Positions 32,813 to 46,084 of a stretch of DNA of 64,000 bases are shown here, piece after piece. The first letter of the stretch is position 1. Every line of letters begins with the position of its first letter. Origin of the DNA: the human T2T-CHM13v2.0 reference genome, Homo sapiens; assembly GCF_009914755.1 (NCBI RefSeq), contig NC_060925.1, one strand, 5' to 3'. The notes beneath the pieces are model-generated. The model saw nothing but the letters and a program-made list of their open reading frames with translations. It had not been told where the DNA came from and ran no database searches. Position numbers and translations under genes: made by a program.

Positions 32813-32844
32813 AAATGTGTTTGTATATTCATTTGCCTCAACAT

Positions 32845-33152
32845 TTCTTTTCTTTTCTTTTTTTCCTTTCTTTTCTTTTTTTGAGATGGAGTGTCTCTCT
32901 GTCACCCAGGCTGGAGTGCAGTGGTGCAATCTCTGCCTCCCAGGTTCAAGCGATTCTCCTACTTCAGCCTTCTGAGTAGCTGGGACTACAGGTGCACACC
33001 ACCACACCCAATTTTTGTATTTTTGTATTTTTGTTAGAGACGGGGCTTTTCCGTATTGGCCAGGCTGGTCTCAGACTCATGACCTCAAGTGTTCCGCCGA
33101 ACTCGGCCTCCCAAAGTACTGGGTTTACAGGTGTGAGTCACCACGCCTGGCC
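32845..33152 (-). mobile_element. AluS-like
   Basis: T-rich tail, GAGATGGAGTGTCTCTCTGTCACCCAGGCTGG...CCACGCCTGGCC. Confidence 0.9.
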
Positions 33153-33159
33153 TCAAGAT

Positions 33160-35810
33160 ATTTTTAAAATTCCCTTTTGATTTCATTTTGATCCACTGCT
33201 TATTCCAGAGGGTGTAGTTTAATTCTCACATCCTTGTTAATTTTCTAGATTTTCTGATATTGATTTCTAGTTTCATTACATGGTTATGAGGAAAGACTTG
33301 ATATGGTTTCAATCTTCTTAGATTTGTTAAGACTTGTTTTTTGACCTAACATGTAATCTATCCTGGAGAACGCTCCTATAATACACTTGAGAAGAATGTG
33401 TATTTTGTTGTTGCTGGGTGGAATGCCCTGTATATGCCTATTAGGTCCATTGGGACTATAGTGTTCAAGTTTTCTGTTTTCCTATTGATCTTCTGTTTGG
33501 ATATTTTATAATGGATAAAGTATTGAAAGTGGGCTATCAAAATCTCCTTCTCTTATTGTGTTGCTGTTTCTCCCTTCAATTCTTTCAGTGTTTGCTTCAT
33601 TTATTTAGGTGCTCTGATGTTGGATGAACATATATTTATAACGGTTATATTTTTCTGGAGAATTGACCCTTTTCTTATTATATGATGTCCTTCATAGCCT
33701 GTTATGACAGGTTTTGATTTAATGTCTATTTTGTGTGGGATAAGGACACACACCCCTTGCGGGTTATCTTGCGGTTCTTGCAGTTACCATTTGCAAAGGT
33801 ACCCTTATTATCACTTGATTTTCATCCTATGTGTGTTCTTAAGTCTAAGTGAGTTCTTGGGGACAGCATGCTGTTGTATTTTGTCATGACATGCTTTGAC
33901 TCAGTATTATCCTTCTTTCTTTCCTTCCTTTTTTTTTTTTGGTTTGCTAATATTTTGCTGAGGATCATTCCATCTATATTTATAAAAGAGATTGGCCTGT
34001 AATTTTTCTTGCTTATAACGCCATTAACAGGTTTTGGTATCTAAGTTATTCTCTGGAAGAACATGTGTAAGATTGTGTATTATTTATTCTTCAAAATTTG
34101 GTAGAATTCAGCAGCTAGACTCTGATCCTTGAGTTTTCTTGGGGAAGTCTTAAATTAATTATGAATTTAGTTTTTAAAAATAGCTATGAGATAGTCAAAT
34201 TTTGTATTTACTTTTATGTCAGCTTTGGTAAGTTGTATTTTTCTAGAAATTTGTCCACTTATTCTCAAATTTAATTTTACAAAGTTGTTTATCTTCAGAC
34301 CATTTTATCGTTTATCATTTATTGCATCTGGACTGATGTTTTCTCTTACGTTTTTGATTTTAGGACATTCTTTCCCTTTTTTCCCTTTATCAGTGTCAGC
34401 AGTGTTTTACAAATTTTGTTAATCCTTTTGAAAACTGGGTTTTGGTTTTGTTAATCTTCTCTATTGTATACTTGATTTGTCCATTAATATTTCTGTCCAT
34501 TATTTCTTGCTTTTATTTTTATTGTTGATTTCTTTCTACTTACTTTGAGTTTAATTGGTATTTTTTCTGACTTTTTGAAGTGAAAGTCTATATAATTAAT
34601 TTTCAGCCTTTCTCCATTTCTAATACATATGTTTAAACTTATATGATTTTTGTAACATTTTATCTTCATTGTATAAGTTTTAACAAGTATCTTTTGTCAT
34701 TTAATTAAATTTCATTATGATTTCTTATGTGAATAATGGATTATTTCAAATTATATTTTTTATTTTCCAATGTATGAGGGGATCTACTAGTTATCTTCTT
34801 GTTAAAAAAATTCTGGCATATACTGTCTGTTCAATATTATAGTACTTTGAAAATTTTTGAGACTTGCTTGCTTTTTAAGGTTTGTAGAATATCTCTTCTA
34901 TATTCTTTTTCTTTTATTCTTGTTTTCTGGTTCATATATCTTAACTAATTTTACTGTATCCTTTAATCCCTTTTGCCCTTTTCTCTTTTTATTCTTTTTT
35001 TGTCTCAATACTTCAGTTGGTAAATTTTCTTCTAATTCTTTATGCCTACCTTGCAGTTAAATGTATTCATTTAATTATTAATTTCAGATATATATTTTTA
35101 CATAGCAAATCTCTTTTTGACTTCTTATTGTATTCATTTTACTGTAAATCATTCAATCTTACCTTTTAGCTGTTTGAACATATTAAACATAGTAATTTAA
35201 AAATCTCTATGGGTAACTCCAGTATAAGTATGTGTTTGTTTCTAGTGTGTGCTTTTTCCTCTTGGTTTTCTATCATGTTGTTTCATTTACCTCCAAACAT
35301 GAATGTGTTTATGATGAATGAGAGTCACTGAATATTTAAAAAATCATAGAGATATTTTGAAGCTGGAAGAATGTTCTTTTCATCCAGACAAGATTTATTT
35401 TGTTTCTGCTATGCAGCTATGGACACTAGCAATTCTCATTTACCTTAATTCAATCAAGGACTGAGAATACTGAAGTATGAAATTAACTCTGTCTGCTTCC
35501 AGTTCATACTTCTTCCCTGTACCTCTTTTCTTAAATTTTTTTTAAAATTTTATTTCAACAGCATTTGGAGTATAAGTGGTTTTTTTTTACGTGGATGAAT
35601 TATATAGTGGTGAATTCTGAGATTTTAGTGCATCCATCACTCAAGTAGTGTACATTGTATCTAATATGTAGTTTTTTTTAATCCCTAGCTCCTCTTCCAT
35701 CCTCTCCTTTCTGAGTCTCTAAAGTCCATCATATCAGTCTGTATGCCTTTGTGTACTCATAGCTTAGCTCCCACTTATAAGTGAGAGCATATGGTTTTTG
35801 GTTTTCTCTG
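33160..35810 (-). mobile_element. Mosaic of old L1 fragments, including a short L1P 3' end at ~35535-35810
   Basis: T-rich L1-antisense motifs (CACTTGAGAAGAATGTGTATT; AGCTTAGCTCCCACTTATAAGTGAGA). Confidence 0.6.
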
Positions 35811-36314
35811 TAGCTCTTTAGAATCCCAAACTGTAGCCTAAGGGAAAGGTTTCCAAGGTGCTCTCCTTATTGCACTCCAAAGTATGATTTTTATCTCCCT
35901 AACTCTATGAATCTAGCAAACACTTTGCTTAACTTTTCAGCATCTCAAGTGCCTTTTCTGAATTTGACAGATACACGTCAGAAATGTGCTCCCAAATGCC
36001 TAGCTTATCTCTCTTTATTAACTTCTCCAAATCTTTGCCAATAGCTATATGTCTTAACTGCCTTGTTTGCTCTTTAGAGCTTTGTAACACATGCATTTTT
36101 ATAGTTTATTCTGCTTTTCAAGTTTTTTTCATTGAAATAATTCTTGTAATGACCAATAGTCTAGTATGCTGCTGTAAGACTTCTATAGCTGTTAACTCCT
36201 TTCATATTTCAATTTCTTTATGTGCTTTTTTTTGCAAGAATTCCTAGGCTCCATTTTCTAATTCATACGTTGGCAAATGATGAATGTGATATGACAATGA
36301 TGACCTCTGTTCCA

Positions 36315-36495
36315 GCCATATACTTTTTTAAAGAAAATTTTATTGGAACACAGTCATGCTCTCTTGTTTACATATTATCTATGACTTCTTTTGTATTACA
36401 GTGGCAAAGTTGAGTAATTGTGGAAGAGACCATATGGCCTACAAAGGCTAAAATATTTACTATCTTGTTCATTAAGAAAAAATTTGCTGACTCTT
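36315..36495 (+). mobile_element. MER58A-like hAT element
   Basis: TTTTATTGGAACACAGTCATGC...AAAATATTTACTATC...AAATTTGCTGAC. Confidence 0.7.
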
Positions 36496-36772
36496 ATTGA
36501 GATTTATTTTTCCTTTATTCAACTTTCTGAAGTTTGTCAATTGATTTAAAAATTTTAATGACTTTTCCTTTCTAAATTATATATTTTTATATCTAACATT
36601 ATTGTGCCATTTCTATATTTTTGCTATATTTTTTGCCTTAACCAAACAATGTGTTTTAATTGAGTCAGTGAATAAAGAACTCACTGAAAGTAGAAGTGGA
36701 AACCTAAGCTATAAGCTACTATATTATATAAGCTTCTCAACCTATAATTGTTTTTCCATTAGATATAGAACA

Positions 36773-37250
36773 ATGGAAGTGACAACAAGATTGACATGGA
36801 ATGATGAAAATCATCTGCGCAAGCTGCTTGGAAATGTTTCTTTGAGTCTTCTCTATAAGTCTAGTGTTCATGGAGGTAGCATTGAAGATATGGTTGAAAG
36901 ATGCAGCCGTCAGGGATGTACTATAACAATGGCTTACATTGATTACAATATGATTGTAGCCTTTATGCTTGGAAATTATATTAATTTACATGAAAGTTCT
37001 ACAGAGCCAAATGATTCCCTATGGTTTTCACTTCAAAAGAAAAATGACACCACTGAAATAGAAACTTTACTCTTAAATACAGCACCAAAAATTATTGATG
37101 AGCAACTGGTGTGTCGTTTATCGAAAACGGATATTTTCATTATATGTCGAGATAATAAAATTTATCTAGATAAAATGATAACAAGAAACTTGAAACTAAG
37201 GTTTTATGGCCACCGTCAGTATTTGGAATGTGAAGTTTTTCGAGTTGAAG
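36773..37250 (+). CDS. IFI44L: IFI44L exon 2 coding part (TLDc-like domain, aa 1-159); exon starts 36763
   Basis: ATG 36773 ten nt after acceptor TTAG; LSLLYKSSVHG and CEVFRVE TLDc-type motifs; donor AAG|GTTTGT. Confidence 0.97.
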
Positions 37251-37807
37251 GTTTGTAAAATTAGATAATCCTACATCTCACATTATGATTCTAATCCTTG
37301 TGTTCGGTAGGTAATAATTGATCTACAAGAGCAAGGAAAGTGAAAGGAACAGTTAGATTCATGCCATACTCTTTGATAAATTCTGAAATGAAACGTGGGG
37401 AACATAAGGATTATGAGGTTTTTATCCAGAACGTATAGGCTGCTTTGAGCAAAGCAAGTTGAGAAATATATGTGCAGAGATAGAGATGACAAAGGAGATG
37501 GGGATGTGGAGAGAGAGAGATCTTATCATCAGAGCTGCTCTGTTTTGACATATGACCCAAAGATCAGACCCTTATATGACCCTTAGAACTTCTAGGTGTA
37601 ATTATGTGAGAGCTTCCAGAGCAAGTTAATGTGCAGAGAGGATAATTTTTCCTCCTCTTCCTCTCATGTTGCCAACTCTGACTCCTAACTGAGCAGCTCA
37701 GCCCTGGGTTATGCAAGAAAACTCCATGTCTTATTTCAAAAGTAGACTTGGCCACATTTAACCAGACAAGTTTTAAAAATGTATTATGCTATGTTTATTT
37801 CCTATAG

Positions 37808-37856
37808 GAATTAAGGATAACCTAGACGACATAAAGAGGATAATTAAAGCCAGAGA
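37808..37856 (+). CDS. IFI44L: IFI44L exon 3 (49 nt)
   Basis: ATAG|GA ATT AAG...GCC AGA GA|GTAAGT; GIKDNLDDIKRIIKARE. Confidence 0.93.
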
Positions 37857-38576
37857 GTAAGTTGGATTCTTGGGCTATCTATTAATCATTTTATTTAGAC
37901 CAATTGTATAAAGAATGCTGACAAATATGTGGTAAAGATAAAAATCATGCCACTGGAATGATTAAAAAAGAGTTATAATGTTATTGACATAAAATAACAA
38001 AAGCACTACTAACTATGAAACTTTAAATATCCACCTGATGACATTGACCAATTTGACTTCATTTCCACTTTAGACCAAAATTTTCCAGGTAGGGTCTGGA
38101 TAACCATTTTAGGTAATTTCTCTGAATCCTTTCCTTGAGAAACAGCTTTTGAGAATCCTCAGTAAATGTCAAAAACAAACTTTCTTTTTAAATTTATAGA
38201 TAGCTACATTGCATATATTTTATTTTGATTTCTCCTTAATGTACTTTTAGTGAAAATAATAATTTATGTTCAATGTCACTGATATTTCTTATTACATTCA
38301 TGTGATCTAAGACTAATAGTTGAAAAATGGTTTGGTTGCAGGTTAATATTTAACTTTAGTCAGATATAAAATAATGCATTTTCTTTAAGCACAAAATGTA
38401 TAACTTTAGATATTTCAAATCATATTATAGAAGATCTCATTATCAAAATAATAATTAAGTATTGAAAAAATACCCTTCTCAGGGAAGAGAAAGAAGCTCT
38501 AGGTGACTTGAGATGTTCTTTATGGTATTCTTTATTGGCTGTTCTGATGCTGTATTTAACCACTATATTTTAACAG

Positions 38577-38772
38577 GCACAGAAATAGGCTTCTAGCAGA
38601 CATCAGAGACTATAGGCCCTATGCAGACTTGGTTTCAGAAATTCGTATTCTTTTGGTGGGTCCAGTTGGGTCTGGAAAGTCCAGTTTTTTCAATTCAGTC
38701 AAGTCTATTTTTCATGGCCATGTGACTGGCCAAGCCGTAGTGGGGTCTGATATCACCAGCATAACCGAGCGG
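38577..38772 (+). CDS. IFI44L: IFI44L exon 4 (196 nt) with Walker A/G1 GPVGSGKS
   Basis: ACAG|G CAC AGA...GAG CGG|GTAAGT; P-loop at 38659-38682. Confidence 0.97.
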
Positions 38773-41700
38773 GTAAGTTATTTCCCTGAGGATTTTATTT
38801 TATAGATTACAATTATTATATTGCTTATGTCTTTGCCTTTTTCTCTTAGGGCAGTCCTAATATACAATTAAATGCTAAATCAAATGGAAAATAGGAGTAA
38901 AATTTTGATCAGAACCACCTCCATTGTGCTATATTATACAGAGAAGCTTTCAAATTTTATGGATGGAAGAAGCAGTTATATAAAGAATACTTTTTAGTAT
39001 TTGTATAAAAAACAACAAAAAATTAAAAACCCTATGAAAATCTTTGACCATTATATATGATGTTCATTTTACTCATGTACTACATGATTTTACCTGGTTT
39101 AAAATGTTTTTCTTTTTTTGTAATAAAATAATGAGAATTATGTAAGGTAATTTTTTTTAATTACATGAGACCATTCTCTAAGACATGGTCATGAAAAGCA
39201 AAATAGCAATTCACTTTGGTGGGTCAACTTTGAAGGAGAACTTGAAGTGTAAATCTTACAAAAACTATCTTATTTACAAAAAGATATACATAAGGAAATA
39301 AATAGTAATATAGATTTCTTAATTGTTGCTCTAAAGAACTACAAATTATGATGCAGCACTTGTCTAGAAAATTCTTTCTTGTTTATGCTTTTCAATGTTA
39401 TCATGCACATGCAATCAAACAAAAAATAATAAAGGGAAAGAATAGAAAATTTTAGAATCAGGCTTTTTTAATGATTACCACAAATTAATATTGTCACTTG
39501 TTAGGGAATATGCTGTGTATTATCAATGCAAAATTTAGCATAAGACAGCATAATAAGACAGTAATGGTTCATTTTAGCTTTTGTGTCACATTCAATAACT
39601 GGAAGAATTTTCTAGGACTTTCAAGAATCACATCTTATTTGTTGATGTTGGCCAGATACTGTGCTCTTGAGTGGCTTTATTTTAATATATTAGTGTAGTC
39701 TCAGAAGCCGTGGCAAGGTACGGCAGCACAAATTAAATTAATTAGGCATTGATTGAAATGTTTCTGTTTGCTAAATATTTATTCAGACATAGAGACCTAA
39801 ATACAAATAATGCTTGGTCCCATTACCCAGATATCTCAGAGACCAATGCAGATAATAAATCTGTATCATTCATTGTGATATATGCTATAATAGAGATACT
39901 ACTCAGGACAAAATTTCTCTTTCTTCCTTTTAAGTTTTAAATTCCAAAGGTCTTATTTTAAGAGAAGATGTAGATACTGAACTCCAATGAAATGCAAATG
40001 TTATTTAAATTGAAGAAATATAGGGCAGACTTTTATGAGGGAAATTGAATATTTTATTGCTTAAAAGACTCTTTCCTTTGAATAATTGAAGTTGTAAAGA
40101 AAGCAAATTAATGGGTAAGGAAACTAGGAAGATGCATATTGGTGTTCCTGAAATTTTACAATGTACTTTAACTCTAGTGCTTAGTATAATTTCTTTCATG
40201 TTGAGGCACTGGTAAGTCCTATTCTCCTAGATAAAAATCTTCAGTGGGATTACGCCTCTGCGTTTCATGGCCCAATGAGAGCTTTTGATTTTATTACAGA
40301 TTACAATAAGTCATAGACTGTTCTCTCCCTTCTGGTTTGAGTGATACTACACCCTTGCCAGCACCACAGATGGAAAAATTGTAATTAAAGTGTCTCTGAG
40401 AAATCCTTTTCTTTGCAATCTTCCCAAATCGTCCATATTTTTTTGTGTATGTTGAATGTATATCTGACCATCAAATAAAATACTTTCAGAATTGTTCTAG
40501 AAAATATCCTTGCAATAAGATTGAATGTGTTTATCTAGGAAAGAAAGTTCTGTTGTGCTTCTCAAAGTGAAATTTGTGGACCCCTTGGGTTCCCGGAGAC
40601 ATTTTAAGGGTATCTCTGTGTTCAAAACTATTTTTAGAATTATTCTAAGTTTTTTTTGTCTTTTCTAGTGTATTGACACTTGAATTAATTACACAACATA
40701 GTTTTACCTGTTGGCACATTAGTATGAATCAAACGGTGGCACCAAACACTACTAGTAGTCACTGTATTTCTCCCAATTACTGCACTTACAGGAAAAAAAA
40801 TGCCAGTTTTACTCCTTGATGAATAGTAACAGTTATTGGTTTTATTTAAACTCCACTTTGGAATACACATCATTTTGATATTCAGTGTGATAAAATGGGA
40901 AGTGCTCATAAAGTACTTCTAATGCATATTGAAAATTGGCAGTTGTCTTTAGAAAAAGCACTGGAGCAGCTGAGTTGTTAACTGAACTTTTTTTAAATGT
41001 GACATCATTTTTACTGGACAGCACAGACTTACTCATTCATACTTGGATATTTGGCAGGTATCTTAATGCAAATGCTCAAGTGACCCTACTAATAAAGAAC
41101 AAAAACAAAAACTGACAGTGTTTGTTGCCAATAACAAAATTTGAGCTTTTGAGAAAAATCAAACTTTGAGAAACCTGTATTCACTATTCTGAGCCTGACA
41201 GCTTTTCAACACTTAAAGACTTATCCAATGAAATTAATGGTGGTATTAACAAATGTGATGTTTTAATATTGCATGATGAAATGTGTCAACATTAGGAAGA
41301 TCTGGATAACCCAGTGGACGAATGTTTTAAGATGATCAATAAATTAGGTTAAAAAATCATGCATGAGTAAAGGATATATTCAAAGTATAAGACAAACCAA
41401 TGGATTTAATGTGGCAGCATATAAAAATGTCGCAGATTCCACATTGCAACTAACCTTTAAGAAGTTATTACTTGTTGAGCTTTGCTATATTACATTGAGG
41501 AATATTCACAATTACCTGAAAGCTATACAGTGAAATATTACCTCCTTTTCATATTATACATACATGTGAGAGGCCATATTTTCTTCACATACTTCAATTG
41601 AAACAACATATCAAGAGATTGAATTGGAGCCACATATGAGATTACAGTTATATTCTTTAATCCAGACATTAAAGAGAATTTTACTAATAAACCAATGATT

Positions 41701-41812
41701 TCTGTTTTCTGTAAATTTTTAAAAAAATGCTTTTTAAGTAAAAAATGTTATTTGATGAACATGTGACAGGTTTATAATTGAATTTTTAATGATTAAAACA
41801 ACACTTAAGAGC

Positions 41813-43845
41813 AGGAGGGGCAGAGCAAGATGGTCACATAGGTCTCTCCAGCAATCATTCCTCCACTGAAACATCAATTTGAATAATTATTAGCACACAA
41901 AATATCACCTCAGTAAACCAGGTGAAAGATTACTGTACCTAGTTCTAGCACAATAATAACAAAAGATACATTGAAGAGGGTAGGAAAGATAGTTTTACGT
42001 TATCTGCATCACCCCCCTCAACCCCAGGGAGCATAGTGTGGAGAGAACTGTCATCTGCTTTGGGGAAAAGAGGGAAGTGAGCACAGGACTTTGCCTGGAC
42101 TCCAATATCAGGCCTACTGCAGTAAAATCCAGCACTGGATAGAACCTCATGGCCCCAGACTTTAGGCTGTTATTTGACGGCTGAGCCTCTAGCCCCATGC
42201 TGGTGCCAAGTGAGACCATGTGGCCCTAGGCTTCAAGCTTGCATGGTGGACTCAGTCCCTGGACCACACCATGGATGGGTTATTAGTGGCCCAACCTCTG
42301 AACAGCACTTAGTGACACGGATGCCGCAGTGGCCCTGAGCTTTACGCATGCCTCAGTGCTGCACCAGTCACAGTGGTCCCAGGCTTTGGGACTATGCAAG
42401 GCAGCCTGCCCAGAATTTTTGGATAGGCTGATTGTTGAAGGACTTTTCCAGACAAAGGCAATCTGCAAAGATTGGAATAAGTACCTACTTCCAGAGATGT
42501 TTATACATTGACACATTGTCACAAGAGTCAAAAGCAATCAGGGTAACATGACGTCAGTAAAGAGAGAAAATAACGTGCCAGTGGCCAATCCTAAAGAAAT
42601 GGAGATGTATGAACCACCCGAAGAATTCAAAATAATTATTTTAAGGAAGCACAGCAAACTTCAAGAAAATACAGAGAAACAATTTAACAAAATGAGAAAA
42701 ATGATGAGTGATCAGAATAAGAAATTTAATAGAAAGGTTGTAATAATTATAAAAAAGAAACAAATTTCAGAGATGAAAAATACAATGGGTGAAATGAGAA
42801 ATGAAATAGAGAGCATCAACAGCAGAATTGATCAAGTAGAAGAGTCTGTGAACTTAAAGGTAGGTTATTTGAAAATATAGATAGAGAATAAAAAAACAGA
42901 ATGAAGAGGAAGGAAGAAAGCTTATGGGATTTATGGGACATCATCAAAAGGACAAATATTCAAGTTACAAGGGGGAAAGGAGACAAGAAATTAAAAGTAA
43001 TAGAAATCTTAAGTAAATAAATAGTAGCAAAAAACTTTTAAAACCTGGAGGATGATGTAAATATCCAGGTAAAACTGAGAGAAAAGTCCCCAGTCAGATT
43101 TAATCCAAAGAAGATTAACCCAAGATATATTAAAATCAAACTGTAAAATATCAAAGACAAAGAGAGGATTCTGAAAACTGGAAGATAAAAAAGCAAATAA
43201 CATATTAGAAAGTTTTAATATGACTAGCAGCAGACTTAGCAGAAACTCTGCAGGCCAAGAGAGTAGGATGAAATATTCAAAGTGCTAAAAGAAAAAACAA
43301 AGAAACAAACAAACCCATCCAATTGAGAATATTATACCCAGTAAAGCTGTGCTTCAGAAATAAAGGAGGGATAAAGATTTTCCTGGATGAACAAAAGCTG
43401 AGGGAGTTCATTACAATTATACCTGTCTTACAAGAATGTTAAAGCGAGTTTTTCAAGCTGAAAGAAAAGGATGCTAATAAGTAATATAAAAATATCTGAA
43501 AGTATAAAACTCACTGGTAAAACTACAGTAAAATTCAGAATACTCATACTATAATGATGGTGATGTTTAAAAGACAAAACTGCTAAAATAATAATAGCTA
43601 TAAGATTTTGTTAAAGGACATGCAATATGGAAAGATGTAAATTGTGGTATCAAAGGTGCAAACTGTGGGGAGGAGTGGAGTAAAAATGTGGAGTGTTTTT
43701 TTTTTCTCTGTAAGTGGAGCTGTTATTAACTTAAAATAACCAGTTACAAATATGTTTATTTTTTGTAAGCATCATGGTTAAGCACAAAACAAATACTGAT
43801 AGTAGATACACAAAATATAAAAAGCATGGAGTCAAAACATACCAT
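41813..43845 (+). mobile_element. Old L1 5' portion (5' UTR + ORF1 remnant), 3'-truncated
   Basis: GAGGGGCAGAGCAAGATGG 5' end; ORF 42548..42880 is an ORF1 coiled-coil remnant; GCAGAAACTCTGCAGGCCAAGAGAG motif; no ORF2. Confidence 0.75.
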
Positions 43846-43880
<35 letters not shown>

Positions 43881-43907
43881 ATGTGTATATATATATATAC
43901 ACACACG
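43846..43907. repeat. Compound (TA)n(TG)n(TA)n(CA)n microsatellite
   Basis: Read directly from the sequence. Confidence 0.95.
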
Positions 43908-44191
43908 TTTTACATGATAAATTACATAGAAATTTCTTTTTTAATTAAAAAGGAATATTTACATTTTTTTCAGTTGTAATTTCCACTATTTTAAATATCC
44001 ATAGATATAACCCACATAAACAACAGATCTTTGGGATTCTCAATAACTTTTAAGAGTCTAAAGGGGTCCTGAGACCAAACTGTTTGAGGACCATGGTGTT
44101 CAAATATTAACCAATCTCTTTTCTTCTTATTGTCATGTCTTGAATGCTGGGTGATGAATGAACCTTTACACTTAATGTATTTTTTTAACAG

Positions 44192-44344
44192 TATAGGATA
44201 TATTCTGTTAAAGATGGAAAAAATGGAAAATCTCTGCCATTTATGTTGTGTGACACTATGGGGCTAGATGGGGCAGAAGGAGCAGGACTGTGCATGGATG
44301 ACATTCCCCACATCTTAAAAGGTTGTATGCCAGACAGATATCAG
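44192..44344 (+). CDS. IFI44L: IFI44L exon 5 (153 nt) with G3-like DTMG
   Basis: ACAG|TAT AGG...TAT CAG|GTAAGA; YRIYSVKDGKNGKSLPFMLCDTMGLDG. Confidence 0.96.
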
Positions 44345-45886
44345 GTAAGATTTCTTCAATATCCAAAACATTTCAAATCATTTTCTTCAGTATTTTTCAT
44401 TGAATTTTTAACCACATAAGGCAATTTCAACTCCCATAATGTGGTTTCAACATCAATCAACACTATTCTACTTTGAATGAATAAGAATTCATATGAAAAA
44501 GTAGAGTGACTATTGTTCTTTTCTGTAACATTGAGAAATAAAGCCAAAAGGCAGGATTCTACTCATTTGCATTCTAGTAAAAGATCAAGGAGATAGTGTG
44601 TTTTTATCACTCTTTACAATAATGTAAACTAATGATAGTCACTTAATCCCTTGCACTTTTTGGGTTACATAGACAAAATATTGGAACAAGTAACTATTTT
44701 GTGTTGAAATGTCATTTTATACTGTAAATGCTTAGATTTCACCACTAAATACCTAGATTCAAAATTTGGCTTTGCTACTAACAGATGTTTACCCGTAAGT
44801 TGCACACTTCTCTCTCTCGGTCTTTTTTTTTTTTTTTTCAGGTGTGAAATATTGCTATTAATAGTGTCTATCTCATAGGGTGGCTAAGATGATTAAATGA
44901 GATGATATAGTTTAAGTTCTCAAAAAAGCCAACAATGATTGTTACCTTTCTTTTAGGTGTTGGGTATCAGCCTCAATTTCTAAAGAAGAATCTCTTTTGC
45001 CTCCCAATTGTGCTGAATTGGAAACCTTACCTATGTATTTATTTATTCATTCAAAAACCATCTATTATAAACCATATTTGTGCCAAACTCTAAGCCAGTT
45101 ACTGAAAACACATAAGTCAATAACAGCACAATCCTTATCCTCCAGGAGTTCATAATCCAGTCAGGGAAAAGGAGACACACAGATAAAGAGAGGAGGGATA
45201 GAGCGAAGACATTGGAGAAATCAGGAGCATACCAACACCCTAATTTTTCACAGCAGGGAGCCAGTCAATTCAGTCCAACACTGAAATACATAGCTTAATA
45301 ACTACATGTTTCCAAACCATTGTTTCATAATCTATTTCCTTAATCTTAGAAAGATTACTGTCTTGTGGTAAGAAGACATTAACTTCAAATTTGGTATTTC
45401 TTTTATTTCACTTTAGTTTATTTTTCTTCTATAAAATCAAAATAAATTACAGTCTTTTAATTTAAATAGCATTTTCAACATATTTTTCTTTCTTTTATTC
45501 TCTCTATCCAGTTCATTTAAGCATGCAAAATGCTTAGGGAGGAGTCTTAAATTGTATTTAACAAACGTTAATGGTGTTTATTTCTGGATACTAGGATTTG
45601 AAATTAGCTTTTCAAAAATATTATTTAAACTTTCCTGCAATACTTACAATGGATAATTATCATTTTTACCAAAGCAATAAAGTGTTTTTTTTCCTATAAG
45701 AGAGATATAATGGCATTATGCTCACAGTGGAAAGGAAGTAAAGAGGAGGTGCTACTGTTTGGGGAAAGAGTAGCTGAGGAGAAAGAGGGAGATCAGTAGT
45801 TACAGTATTAGAAGCATTAATTGTGTCTTTAAGGGTTAAACAGAGGCTCTCTGATTTCTGAATGTTACCTTATGTTTTTATAACAG

Positions 45887-46058
45887 TTTAATTCCCGTAA
45901 ACCAATTACACCTGAGCATTCTACTTTTATCACCTCTCCATCTCTGAAGGACAGGATTCACTGTGTGGCTTATGTCTTAGACATCAACTCTATTGACAAT
46001 CTCTACTCTAAAATGTTGGCAAAAGTGAAGCAAGTTCACAAAGAAGTATTAAACTGTG
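45887..46058 (+). CDS. IFI44L: IFI44L exon 6 (172 nt)
   Basis: ACAG|TTT AAT...TGT G|GTGAGT; LKDRIHCVAYVLD. Confidence 0.96.
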
Positions 46059-46084
46059 GTGAGTCTCACTGAACTTATAAAAAA

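Larger units (their letters stand above)
40553..44100 (+). mobile_element. Charlie1-type hAT transposon split by an L1 (pieces ~40553-41810 and ~43910-44100)
   Basis: CTTCTCAAAGTG...GGACCCCTTGGG...TCAAAACTATTTT start; end AAGGGGTCCTGAGACCAAA...TTTGAGGACCA. Confidence 0.75.

Noticed and set aside
36602-36772. 57-codon N-terminal extension of IFI44L in the ORF track
   Set aside because: It starts at TTG in intron 1, upstream of the acceptor at 36761-36762. The true ATG is 36773, matching the IFI44 layout.
42548-42880. 110-aa coiled-coil ORF
   Set aside because: L1 ORF1 remnant.
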